Origin: Thermodesulfobacteriota bacterium
Lineage (GTDB): Bacteria > Desulfobacterota > Desulfobacteria > Desulfobacterales > SURF-7
DNA: 64,000 bases
Reading direction: 5' to 3'
Assembly: GCA_049320885.1 (NCBI GenBank)
Contig: JBMORA010000001.1
Location: 32,001 to 96,000, forward strand
This document shows positions 1-9,680 of the stretch, one piece after another (within the stretch, counting starts at the first letter, position 1; every line of letters begins with the position of its first letter). The notes beneath the pieces are model-generated. The model was not told where the DNA came from and did no database searches. It saw only the letters and a list, made by a program, of their open reading frames with translations. A program made the position numbers and the translations under genes.

Positions 1-1460
1 GGTCGTCCTGTTCACCGGATTTCGGTATTAAGGGAGTTCTAGACCGGTTTGGGCAGATACAGCCCAAAATTTTATTCACGGCCGACGGGTATTCTTTTAA
101 AGGCAAGAAAATCGACTCCCTGACCCCCATGGCCGACATCGTCGGCCGGCTGCCATCGATTGAAAAAGTGGTTGTCGTACCCTATATAAAGAAGTGCCCG
201 GAAATCGCCCGCGTCCCGCATTCAGTCCACTACGGGGAATTCATTTCCCCGGATACCAACATGGAAATTCTGTTCGAACAGCTTCCCGCGGCCCATCCGC
301 TCTACATCATGTATTCAAGCGGCACAACGGGATTACCCAAATGCATGGTCCAAAGCGCCGGGGGCATTCTCGTGCACCATCTGAAGGAATTGTTGCTGCA
401 CACGGATGTAAAAAGGGACGACACGATTTTCTACTACACGACCTGCGGATGGATGATGTGGAACTGGCTGACCAGCTCACTGGCGACAGGCGCCACCCTG
501 GTTCTGTATGACGGGAATCCTTTCCACCCGGAACCGGGGGTTCTCTGGCGCATGGCCCAGGATCAAAAAATAACGATTTTCGGAACCAGCGCGGGCTATA
601 TCGCCGCACTTCAGAATACGGGGGTAAAACCGGGGAAAGGCTATGACCTGTCGAGTCTGCGGACCCTGCTTTCGACTGGTTCGCCCCTTTCCATCGAGGG
701 CTTTCATTTCATCTACCGGGAGGTCAAACAGGACCTGCAACTCTCATCCATCTCCGGCGGCACTGATTTGAACGGCTGTTTTGCCCTGGGAAATCCCATG
801 GGACCGGTTTACGCGGGAGAACTGCAATGCCGGGGCCTGGCCATGCGCGTTGAATCCTTCGATGATCAAGGAAATTCCGTCACCGGGCAGCAGGGGGAAC
901 TGGTTTGCACGGCCCCGTTTCCTTCCATGCCGATCTATTTCTGGGACGACCCGGACGGGAAAAAATATCATGCCGCTTATTTCAACATCTATCCGAATAT
1001 CTGGCGGCATGGGGATTTCATTGAAATCAACGACCGGGGCGGAGTGATCATTTACGGCCGGTCCGACGCCACCTTGAACCCCGGAGGCGTCCGCATCGGG
1101 ACAGCGGAAATATACCGACAGGTGGAACAGATACCGGAAATTGAAGACAGTGTTGTCATCGGCCAGAACTGGAAAAACGATATCCGCGTGATTCTCTTTG
1201 TCAAACTGGGCCCCGGAGCGGATTTAAACGAAGCGTTGATCACCAGGATCAAAACAACCATCCGCGACAACGCTTCCCCCCGCCATGTGCCGGCAAAAAT
1301 CATCGCCGTTCCCGGGATCCCGTATACCCTGAACATGAAGAAAGTCGAACTCGCCGTGAAAAAGACGATCGAAAACAAGCCGGTATTGAACAAGGAAGCC
1401 CTGCTCAATCCGGAAGTTCTGGATTTCTATTCGAATTTGACGGCTTTACAGGAGGATTGA
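1..1460 (+). CDS. Acetoacetate--CoA ligase (5' truncated by window edge)
   Basis: The frame is open from base 3 (SSCSPDFGIKGVLDRFGQIQPK). It has the AMP-binding motif YSSGTTGLPK plus GWMMWNWL, SISGGTD and GRSDATLNPGGVRIGTAEIY, typical of acetoacetyl-CoA synthetases. Confidence 0.92.
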   Translation, partial: SSCSPDFGIKGVLDRFGQIQPKILFTADGYSFKGKKIDSLTPMADIVGRLPSIEKVVVVPYIKKCPEIARVPHSVHYGEFISPDTNMEILFEQLPAAHPLYIMYSSGTTGLPKCMVQSAGGILVHHLKELLLHTDVKRDDTIFYYTTCGWMMWNWLTSSLATGATLVLYDGNPFHPEPGVLWRMAQDQKITIFGTSAGYIAALQNTGVKPGKGYDLSSLRTLLSTGSPLSIEGFHFIYREVKQDLQLSSISGGTDLNGCFALGNPMGPVYAGELQCRGLAMRVESFDDQGNSVTGQQGELVCTAPFPSMPIYFWDDPDGKKYHAAYFNIYPNIWRHGDFIEINDRGGVIIYGRSDATLNPGGVRIGTAEIYRQVEQIPEIEDSVVIGQNWKNDIRVILFVKLGPGADLNEALITRIKTTIRDNASPRHVPAKIIAVPGIPYTLNMKKVELAVKKTIENKPVLNKEALLNPEVLDFYSNLTALQED

Positions 1461-1500
1461 ACCTCGTGGAATCACTACATCTTTGCCTTGGGGGAAATGG

Positions 1501-2079
1501 TTATTCTTCAACCAGATAGTCCTGGAACAACCGATGGACCGTCTGCGCATGCCACTGCCCTCTTCCGGAGAAAGTCTGAAATTGCTCCTTTTCCAGGTAG
1601 AGGGCGATATTATCGAAGGTTTCTCCTTTATTCCGCATTTTTTCAATGACTTGCAGAATCTTTTTGCGATTCTGATCCAGGGGCTTCCGGGCGCGGGTCC
1701 TTTTTTTTCGCGTGTCCCTGGCGAGCAGGGCGCCTTCCAGACCGGAGGATTTCACATATTCAAAGACGGTTTTCATGATTTCCGTTTTCTCGGATTCCGC
1801 TTTGGCTTTCAATTCCTCGAGCTCGACGGCGCGCTTCTGACATTGGACGGCATTCTCCAGAAATGTCGTGACCGCCGGCATCATGGTTTTCACTAGTTCC
1901 ACCAGGGTCTCTTCGAAAGGCGTCATTTTAACCCTGCGCCGATCCTGACCGTTGCGTTTTTCATTGCCGAAATACTGTTGCTGGCTCTCGTAATGATATT
2001 GATGCCGGTCATAATTTGTTCTGCTTTGCGGCTGTTTATCTTTTCCACTTCTGATATTCTTTAAAAAATCATTGCTCAT
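1501..2079 (-). CDS. Hypothetical protein with coiled coil and C-terminal recombinase-like HTH
   Basis: 192 aa ORF with an AGGAGG RBS upstream. The C-terminus IALYLEKEQFQTFSGRGQWHAQTVHRL resembles the DNA-binding Recombinase domain. Confidence 0.7.
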   Translation of the reverse strand: MSNDFLKNIRSGKDKQPQSRTNYDRHQYHYESQQQYFGNEKRNGQDRRRVKMTPFEETLVELVKTMMPAVTTFLENAVQCQKRAVELEELKAKAESEKTEIMKTVFEYVKSSGLEGALLARDTRKKRTRARKPLDQNRKKILQVIEKMRNKGETFDNIALYLEKEQFQTFSGRGQWHAQTVHRLFQDYLVEE

Positions 2080-2310
2080 TCCGACCTCCTTGACAATGTT
2101 GACCTGACAATTGAATGAACTTTCGTTTTCTCGCTTGCTGACGTACGAAAATCAATGGGAGTGAGCGACCGACTAGAAACTACAGCTGGTTGATGAGGAA
2201 GATACTCTGAAAGAAAGCGGACCCTGTCATTGAGTTTAATTCGTCTTTGCTTTTATACTACAGCCCGGGTGAAAAATCAAGCCGGAAATTCCCATCGTCC
2301 CTGCTGCATT

Positions 2311-2334
2311 CTTGACAGCTCCCTTGACAGCTCC
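2311..2334. repeat. 12-bp tandem duplication CTTGACAGCTCC x2
   Basis: Read directly from the sequence; it duplicates the -35 hexamer. Confidence 0.9.
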
Positions 2335-2352
2335 CAGGGGTTTTCGTATAGT
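2324..2352 (+). promoter_or_regulatory. sigma70-type promoter for the debranching enzyme gene
   Basis: TTGACA (2324-2329), 17 bp spacer, TATAGT (2347-2352). Confidence 0.65.
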
Positions 2353-2487
2353 TTCGGGCAGTCGGTTGTTTTATCATACGCCTTCCCGTACCCGGTCATT
2401 CCGATTGATTCCTCGAATACAACCGTATGGAAACGGCGGCCTGCCTTCGGAAGGGTAATAACCTACAGCAAAACGGAACTGTCCACC

Positions 2488-5400
2488 ATGTCCCCATCGA
2501 GCATTGTTACCGATTGGCTTCACCAGGAACCCAGGCCCGGAGACCATCACCTCATGTTCCGGGGTGATGTCCGGACTTTCCGGCTGTTCATTCACCGGGA
2601 CATTCCGGGAAAGGCCTGGATCCGGACCAATATCGGCCGCGCGGGGATCATCCGCGGGGAAATCATCGAAGAAATCCGTCATGAAACACCACGGCTCGGA
2701 CGCGCCTGGTTTGATATTCCCATGCGTGAAACCGAACATGGTTGTTTCGAAATCACCCTTCCCCTCGGCGAAACAGGTCATTTCGAGGCCAAATGCTTTT
2801 TCCTGCCAGAGGGGGAAAAGGCGCCGCTGTGGCCCGAAGGCGGCAATACCGTCATCAATGTGGAACCCGCGGACACCTGCTGCGGGAATATCGTGTACAA
2901 CACGTTCGTCAGACAATTCGGGCCGAATAAGAACGGCCGGAATCCGCTCCCCTGGGATAAAGACGACATCGTTCGCAAATTTGACGAATCCGGATACACC
3001 GTCATCCCCCCTTCCGGCACCTTCCGCGACCTGATCAGGGAATTGGATTTCATCATCCATGACCTGGGTTGTCGTTTTCTCCAGCTGCTTCCCATCCATC
3101 CCACCCCTACGACCTTCGCGCGGATGGGACGCTTCGGCAGTCCCTATGCTTCCCTGAGTTTCACCGCTGTGGACCCCGCTTTGGCGGAATTCGATCCCAA
3201 AGCCACTCCCCTGGAACAATTCATCGAATTGGTGGATGCCGTCCATGCCCGCAACGCCAAGATAATCCTGGATATCGCCATTAATCATACGGGCTGGGCC
3301 GCCAGCCTCCATGAAACCCATCCGGAATGGCTGGTACGCGATCCGGAAGGCCGGATCGAGGCACCCGGCGCCTGGGGAGTCATCTGGGCGGATCTCACCA
3401 AACTCGATTACAGCAAAACCGACCTGTGGGAATATATGGCCGAGGTGTTTCTGATCTGGTGCCATCGCGGCGTCGACGGTTTCCGGTGTGACGCCGGCTA
3501 CATGATTCCGGTGCCGGCCTGGACCTATATCGTGGCGACGGTCCGGAACCAATATCCGGACACTATTTTTCTGCTGGAAGGTCTCGGCGGGAAAATCTCC
3601 GACACCCGGGCGATTTTAAACGAAGCCAATTTCAATTGGGCCTACTCGGAACTGTTCCAGAATTATGATCGCGGCCAGATCGAACACTATCTACCAGAAG
3701 TATTTGAAATTTCATTAAAAGATGGCATCATGGTGCATTTCGCGGAGACCCATGACAACAATCGCCTGGCTGCCAGGTCTCCCAACTACGCCCGCATGCG
3801 CACCGCCTTGTGCGCCCTCTGCGCCCCCTTCGGCGCATATGGATACGCGGGAGGGGTGGAATGGTATGCCACGGAAAAAATCGACGTCCATGAAGCCAAT
3901 TCGCTCAACTGGGGCGCCTCTCATAACCAGATCGGACATTTGCGGAGGCTCAGCGACATCCTGAAGAATCATCCCTGTTTTCATGATCAGACAGACCTGA
4001 AACCGATGCCGGTGGAGGGGGACAACCAGATCGTTCTGATGCGGCACCATCGTCCTTCCGGAAAAACGGTTTTCGTCGTCGTCAACCTGGACGAACACCA
4101 GGAAGGCATCATCAGCTGGAACCTGCCGGAGGACATCCAGATGCCGTCAAGACCCGTTGATCTCGTCACCGGCCGGGAAATCGACGTTTCGGTTTCCGGG
4201 CAGCGCGTTTCCTGCCGCCTGGCGGCGGGAGAAGTTCTTTGCCTGTCCATGGCCCCAGGCGACCTGGAAATATGCCGAACGGCGGGGGGAAATTCCCGCG
4301 GCCTGCCGGAACGGATCAAACAGCAGAGAATTCGTGCCAAAGCCCTCGACATTCATACCTTCTATAACGGAATCGGCGACCTTGCCGGATTCGATCCGGA
4401 CCAGGCGGCCGGACAACTGGTGGCGGATCCGCTGGAATTCTGCCGGCTGCAAAACCGGTTCAGTCAGGAAACCCGGGTCATCCACTGGCAGTATCCGGAA
4501 GATCGGATGCGCGAAGTCATGATCCCCCCGAATCATTTCCTGTTTGTTCGAGCTCCCTTGCCCTTTCAGGCCAGGATCATCAACGACCGGCAGATCGTCA
4601 CGGGCGTCGAGACCAGCCTGGAAGACAGGTCCGGGGGCCATTTCTGTTTGTTCCAACCAGCGGTCCCGCCGCAATCCCATACCTCTCACAGACTGAAAAT
4701 CCGCCTTTTTGCTTCCGAGAAGGCAATTCATTGCGAAGCACCGCTGCTCTTGTTATCCTCCCACGAAAATTGCCGGATTCAGACAAGTTTCACCCGCCAT
4801 GACCTGTTAAACCGGCCCCTCTGTTTCAGCGTTTCCAACGGTCGCGGCGCATGTCTCCGGGCCCGCCTGGCCTGGGGCAGGCTGGAAAGTCGTTACGATG
4901 CGCTGCTGGCGGCCAACTTCGATTCATCCGGCCCGAACGACCGCTGCATCCTGTTCAGTCGATGCCGGGCCTGGCTCGTCTACCAGGGGTATTCCCAGGA
5001 GGTCTGCCTGGCGGCCCTGGACAGGTTTATCCTGGAAGGGTATTCCCGCGGAGTCTGGCAGTTCCGTATTCCATCCGGTCAGGGGGAATATACCCTGCTG
5101 TCCATCGCACTGGAAATGCCCAACGGGAAAAACACGGTCCGCATGATGTTCCATCGTCACGGCACCAATGGAGATGCGGACCGGCTGGCCGACCACAAAG
5201 AGGTCCTGTTAATTCTCCGGCCGGATATCGAATGCCGTAATTTTCATGAAACCACCAAGGCATATGTGGGACCGGAAACCGCTTGGCGGGAAGCGGTCCA
5301 TTCCCGGGAAGATCATTTTGTCTTTTCCCCGGCGCACGACCGACATCTGTCCATGCGCCTTTCGGACGGACGGTTTTTCGAGGACGTTGAATGGCATTAT

Positions 5401-6801
5401 ATGGTCCACCGCGCCCTGGACGGGGAACGCGGCCTGGATCCGCTGTCCGATCTGTTCAGTCCCGGCTATTTTCAAGTCGGCATGAAGGGCGGTGACAGCG
5501 CGGTCTTGTCGGCGGAAGCCCTTGAGACGCCGAAGGAAAAAAAGGCCCTGGCCAAAAAAGCCGTCTGGAAAACCAGCGCCTTCCGCGGGCCGTCCAGCCT
5601 GGATCCGGTGGAAGCGCTTACATCGGCCATGGACCATTTTCTGGTTTCCCGGGATGGCCTGAAATCCGTCATCGCCGGCTATCCCTGGTTTCTGGACTGG
5701 GGCCGGGACTCGTTGATCTTCACCCGCGGGTTGATCGCCGCCGGCAAGACGGACGAAGCCAGAGCCGTGCTGCTGCAATTCGGCCGGTTTGAACAAAGCG
5801 GAACACTACCCAATATGATCCGCGGCCGGGATGCCGGAAACCGGGAAACCGCCGATGCCCCCCTGTGGTTCTTCATCGCCTGTGAGGATCTTCTCCGGAC
5901 GGAGGGCGACAGGGAATTTCTGGATACGGGCTGTGGCGCGAAAACCCTGCGCGAGGCCCTGATCTCCATCGGACGCGGCTATGTCTCCGGCACCCCCAAC
6001 GGCGTCAAAATGGATCCGGAAACCGGTCTGATTTTCTGCCCGGCGCATTATACCTGGATGGATACCAATTATCCCGCCGGCACGCCGCGGGAGGGATATC
6101 CCATCGAAATACAGGCCATGTGGTACCGGGCATTGCGGTTTCTTGCCACCATCGATCCAACGGCCGACCGCTCCCTGTGGAAGGAAAAAGCGACGCAAGT
6201 CCGGGATGCCATCTCCCGGCTGTATGTTCTCGATCATGGGAACGGTCTTTCCGATTGCCGGCACTGCCCGGCCGGCGTTTCCGCAACGAAGGCCGAACCC
6301 GATGACGCCATCAGGCCCAATCAGTTGCTGGCCGTGACTCTCGGCGCCCTGAACGATATCGATCTGATCAAGAATATCGTCGCTGCCTGCAGCCGACTGC
6401 TGGTGCCGGGAGCCATCCGCAGCCTGGCTGACGCGCCCCTCCAGCGCAGGCCCCTGGAAGTGCGCTGGCAGAACCGGTTGCTGGTGGATCCGCTTCGTCC
6501 CTACCAGGGACGATACAGCGGCGACGAAGATACCGCCAGGAAAGCGGCTTACCACAATGGAACCGCCTGGACCTGGCTTTTTCCCAGTTTCTGCGAGGCC
6601 TGGATCATGGCCTACGGACCACCCGGGAAACAAACCGCCCTGGACTGGCTGGGAAGCAGCATCCGGGTGATCAATACCGGAACCGTCGGACAAGTCCCTG
6701 AAATACTGGACGGGGATTTTCCCCACCGCCAGAAAGGATGCGACGCCCAGGCCTGGGGGGTCAGCGAACTTCTGCGGGTATGGAAATTCGCGTTGAAATG
6801 A
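2488..6801 (+). CDS. Alpha-amylase (GH13) / amylo-alpha-1,6-glucosidase fusion, glycogen debranching enzyme
   Basis: GH13 catalytic motifs DGFRCDAG, LLEGLG and ETHDN. C-terminal debranching motifs IAGYPWFLDWGRD, HYTWMDT, AYHNGTAWTW and GCDAQAW. Start placed at ATG 2488, downstream of the promoter. Confidence 0.88.
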   Translation: MSPSSIVTDWLHQEPRPGDHHLMFRGDVRTFRLFIHRDIPGKAWIRTNIGRAGIIRGEIIEEIRHETPRLGRAWFDIPMRETEHGCFEITLPLGETGHFEAKCFFLPEGEKAPLWPEGGNTVINVEPADTCCGNIVYNTFVRQFGPNKNGRNPLPWDKDDIVRKFDESGYTVIPPSGTFRDLIRELDFIIHDLGCRFLQLLPIHPTPTTFARMGRFGSPYASLSFTAVDPALAEFDPKATPLEQFIELVDAVHARNAKIILDIAINHTGWAASLHETHPEWLVRDPEGRIEAPGAWGVIWADLTKLDYSKTDLWEYMAEVFLIWCHRGVDGFRCDAGYMIPVPAWTYIVATVRNQYPDTIFLLEGLGGKISDTRAILNEANFNWAYSELFQNYDRGQIEHYLPEVFEISLKDGIMVHFAETHDNNRLAARSPNYARMRTALCALCAPFGAYGYAGGVEWYATEKIDVHEANSLNWGASHNQIGHLRRLSDILKNHPCFHDQTDLKPMPVEGDNQIVLMRHHRPSGKTVFVVVNLDEHQEGIISWNLPEDIQMPSRPVDLVTGREIDVSVSGQRVSCRLAAGEVLCLSMAPGDLEICRTAGGNSRGLPERIKQQRIRAKALDIHTFYNGIGDLAGFDPDQAAGQLVADPLEFCRLQNRFSQETRVIHWQYPEDRMREVMIPPNHFLFVRAPLPFQARIINDRQIVTGVETSLEDRSGGHFCLFQPAVPPQSHTSHRLKIRLFASEKAIHCEAPLLLLSSHENCRIQTSFTRHDLLNRPLCFSVSNGRGACLRARLAWGRLESRYDALLAANFDSSGPNDRCILFSRCRAWLVYQGYSQEVCLAALDRFILEGYSRGVWQFRIPSGQGEYTLLSIALEMPNGKNTVRMMFHRHGTNGDADRLADHKEVLLILRPDIECRNFHETTKAYVGPETAWREAVHSREDHFVFSPAHDRHLSMRLSDGRFFEDVEWHYMVHRALDGERGLDPLSDLFSPGYFQVGMKGGDSAVLSAEALETPKEKKALAKKAVWKTSAFRGPSSLDPVEALTSAMDHFLVSRDGLKSVIAGYPWFLDWGRDSLIFTRGLIAAGKTDEARAVLLQFGRFEQSGTLPNMIRGRDAGNRETADAPLWFFIACEDLLRTEGDREFLDTGCGAKTLREALISIGRGYVSGTPNGVKMDPETGLIFCPAHYTWMDTNYPAGTPREGYPIEIQAMWYRALRFLATIDPTADRSLWKEKATQVRDAISRLYVLDHGNGLSDCRHCPAGVSATKAEPDDAIRPNQLLAVTLGALNDIDLIKNIVAACSRLLVPGAIRSLADAPLQRRPLEVRWQNRLLVDPLRPYQGRYSGDEDTARKAAYHNGTAWTWLFPSFCEAWIMAYGPPGKQTALDWLGSSIRVINTGTVGQVPEILDGDFPHRQKGCDAQAWGVSELLRVWKFALK

Positions 6802-6874
6802 TATATACTGCGACCGTCAATCATCCCGCTCGTGGAGACAACATCATCCGAACATATCGAAGGAGACAACCGAC

Positions 6875-7330
6875 ATGGAACGCATTGACTTTGAAAAACT
6901 GATCAACTTCGCGATTAAAAACGAAATCAGCGCCCAGGAATTTTATCGCCGGGTATCTGAAAAAGTGACCGTACCCTTCCTGAAGAAGTTATTCGCCCAG
7001 TTTGTGGAGGAGGAAAGAAATCATCAACAGATCCTGGAAGGATTCCGTAACCTGGGGCCTTCCGAATTCCGTTTCACGGAAACCCCGGATTACCATTTGT
7101 CCGAAGAGGAAAAGTCTCCGGCGGTTTCGTCCGACATGAAGCCGGTTGAGGCCTTTGGCCTGGCGATGAAAAAAGAGGAGGCCGCCGTACGGCTCTATCT
7201 GTCCTTTGCCAACGTCACCAACGACCCGGAAAAAAAACGGATTTTTCAAGAATTGGCGAAGATGGAGCGCGAACACAAGCACAAGATGGAAAAAGCCTTC
7301 ATCGATGTCGGCTATCCGGAGGTGTGGTAG
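6875..7330 (+). CDS. Rubrerythrin/ferritin-like diiron protein
   Basis: Two ExxH motifs (EEERNH, MEREH) with E..A..FY helices; AGGAG RBS. Confidence 0.88.
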   Translation: MERIDFEKLINFAIKNEISAQEFYRRVSEKVTVPFLKKLFAQFVEEERNHQQILEGFRNLGPSEFRFTETPDYHLSEEEKSPAVSSDMKPVEAFGLAMKKEEAAVRLYLSFANVTNDPEKKRIFQELAKMEREHKHKMEKAFIDVGYPEVW

Positions 7331-7436
7331 GAAAGTCCTATTGCATTTTGCCCGGCGCCATGGTATCAGGTTTTAACTTATAGATTTCATTGTTAAATAA
7401 TCGGAGAAAAATCATCATCCCCTTACCGGACCGGAT

Positions 7437-9677
7437 GTGCTCTTGAAAAATCGACCGCTGGACAACCCGCTCCTCGCCCCGGCCATCAACGAGCTCAACA
7501 TTGCCCGTAAAAACGCGCTCATCTATCCTTTGGAACATGCCCAAGTCAAGGCCAGCATGGGCCGTCTCATGAAATCCATGGAGCTGATCCTGGAAGCTGC
7601 GCCGGAAATCACCCTGGCCGTTGTCAACGATATGATCCTGTTCAAAGGGGAGTGCCTGGATAAACGGAATATCGGCTTTCAGGAACTGGCTGTCGCATTG
7701 AAATCCAGTGGAATTGCCGCGATGACATTGCACCGGGGACTCCGGGAAGAGGAAATCCTGTCCTTTTTCCAGCAGATCGCCGGCGGCCCGGAAAAAAGGA
7801 AACCGTCCGGGCAAACCGGGACCGCCGAGTCCCGGCATCCCCGCTGGCCGCATATCGACCTGCAGTACATCGATTACTCCAAGTTGCATGTCACCGAGGA
7901 GGCGGTTATCCACCGCGACGACGATACGGGCAGGCAGAACGACAGGCCGACCATCTGGAAGGATTTTGTAACCCGGCTGGTGGCCGATTCCCTGTCCAGC
8001 TCGGAAGACGCGGTCCCGTTCGCGGAATTCCCGGACCATGATCCGGCAAACCTGGCCCTTCTGCTGAACCGGAACCAGATCGATATCGAGCAGGCGCTCC
8101 GATCCTATGGCCGCATCATCGACAGAATCCTGGAGGAAGAAGGGGCCACGGAAGACCGGGAGGAATCCGAAGCAGGGATCAGGGGAATCGGTCTGTTATT
8201 GCAGGAATTGAAACCGGAATTGCGGCAGCAGTTTCTGGCCGTCACCTTTGACCGGATAGCATCCCGACCGGACGCTTCCAGCTGCATCGGGTTCCTTCAC
8301 GGCATCCCCGCGCGGTTCGCCGTCGATATGCTCCGGCAGGCCAACAATGACGGCCGGGAGATCTCCCCGTCCCTGATCCATCTGATCCGGAAAATGACCG
8401 GCATTGACGGGAAGGTCACGGATGAATCCGGGGATGCCGGAGGGGGGCAGTCCCGGGAGGCCATCGCCGAAACCCTCCGGACATTGTTCAACCGGGAAAA
8501 TTACGAGGATTTCGTCTCCTCCCCCTATGACCTGACCCTGAAGCGGATTTCCATCTCAGCCTCGGAGGGAAACCGGGATGAAACTGGATTCCCCATTGAG
8601 GAGCATCTTCCCTCTCTGGATGAAGCCCATCTCAACCGGCAAATCTCCCGGATGCTGCTGGCCTTCATCAGTGATGACCTTCACGCCACCGAATACCGGG
8701 CCTATATCGACAAACTGCTTGAAATCGCGGACGGCCTTCTGGATTGCGGCGATTTCCAGTTGATCACCCAAATCTTCGAGGCCCTGGACCAGCATGCCAA
8801 TTACAAACGGCATCATGAAATCCGCAGCATCGCGGAAAAGGCCCTGGCCGTATTGCGCAAACCGCCGTTTGTCTCCAAAGCCGTCCATTCGGTATGCCGC
8901 CATCCGGAGCAGGCGAACCGTCAGGGGGGCCATCTGCTGCACCTGATGGGTCCCGGGGTCATCCCGGATGCCTTGAATCTGTATGCCGGCCATCCGGAGC
9001 AGGAATCGAATCCGATTCTCCTGGAATTGTTGCAGCGGTATCCGGATGAAACCGTTACGGAAGCACAAAAACGCCTGCGGGACACCCGCACGGATTATAT
9101 CAAACGCCTCGTGATCCTGATCCGGGAAACCGGCGGGAAAAACGCCGCCGACGCCCTCCGGCCTTTATGGGGACACAGCGACAGGGATGTACAGCTGGAA
9201 GCCCTGGAAGGACTTCTGAAGTTCAATGACAAATGGGGGTTGCTGTTCCTGCGCAAGGCCTTGAAGGCGAATGTCCCCGGAATTTCGGATCAGGCGATCT
9301 CGCTGGCCGCGAAATACAAGGTCTTCGAGGTAGCCGATGATCTGGCGGCCATGCTCAAACGTAAAATCCTCTTCAAATCGGATTATGAAAAAAACGCCGT
9401 CCTGATCAAGGCCATGGGGGAAATCGGCAATCCCAGCGTTCTGCCGGTGTTGAAAAAACTGGCGGGGATGACATTGTCCTTCCATCCGAAAAAACTGGCC
9501 GGGATGAAACGGCTGCTGTATCGCTCCCTGATCGGATACCCGCCCCATGCCGTTCAGGCCCTGCTCCGCAGGGGATTGAAATCGAGCGACGAGAAAATTC
9601 GCAAAATCTGCCGGCAGGGGTTGCAGTCTCCTGCCCCGGCCCTCCGGAATCAACTAACCCGCGCCGATAACGGATGA
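7437..9677 (+). CDS. HEAT-repeat protein
   Basis: 746 aa helical protein. C-terminal HEAT-like repeats (DVQLEALEGL, IKAMGEIGNPSVLPVL). Confidence 0.75.
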   Translation: MLLKNRPLDNPLLAPAINELNIARKNALIYPLEHAQVKASMGRLMKSMELILEAAPEITLAVVNDMILFKGECLDKRNIGFQELAVALKSSGIAAMTLHRGLREEEILSFFQQIAGGPEKRKPSGQTGTAESRHPRWPHIDLQYIDYSKLHVTEEAVIHRDDDTGRQNDRPTIWKDFVTRLVADSLSSSEDAVPFAEFPDHDPANLALLLNRNQIDIEQALRSYGRIIDRILEEEGATEDREESEAGIRGIGLLLQELKPELRQQFLAVTFDRIASRPDASSCIGFLHGIPARFAVDMLRQANNDGREISPSLIHLIRKMTGIDGKVTDESGDAGGGQSREAIAETLRTLFNRENYEDFVSSPYDLTLKRISISASEGNRDETGFPIEEHLPSLDEAHLNRQISRMLLAFISDDLHATEYRAYIDKLLEIADGLLDCGDFQLITQIFEALDQHANYKRHHEIRSIAEKALAVLRKPPFVSKAVHSVCRHPEQANRQGGHLLHLMGPGVIPDALNLYAGHPEQESNPILLELLQRYPDETVTEAQKRLRDTRTDYIKRLVILIRETGGKNAADALRPLWGHSDRDVQLEALEGLLKFNDKWGLLFLRKALKANVPGISDQAISLAAKYKVFEVADDLAAMLKRKILFKSDYEKNAVLIKAMGEIGNPSVLPVLKKLAGMTLSFHPKKLAGMKRLLYRSLIGYPPHAVQALLRRGLKSSDEKIRKICRQGLQSPAPALRNQLTRADNG

Positions 9678-9680
9678 AAT

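Noticed and set aside
2230..2487. N-terminal extension of the debranching enzyme in the ORF track
   Set aside because: It covers the predicted promoter; ATG 2488 is the more plausible start.
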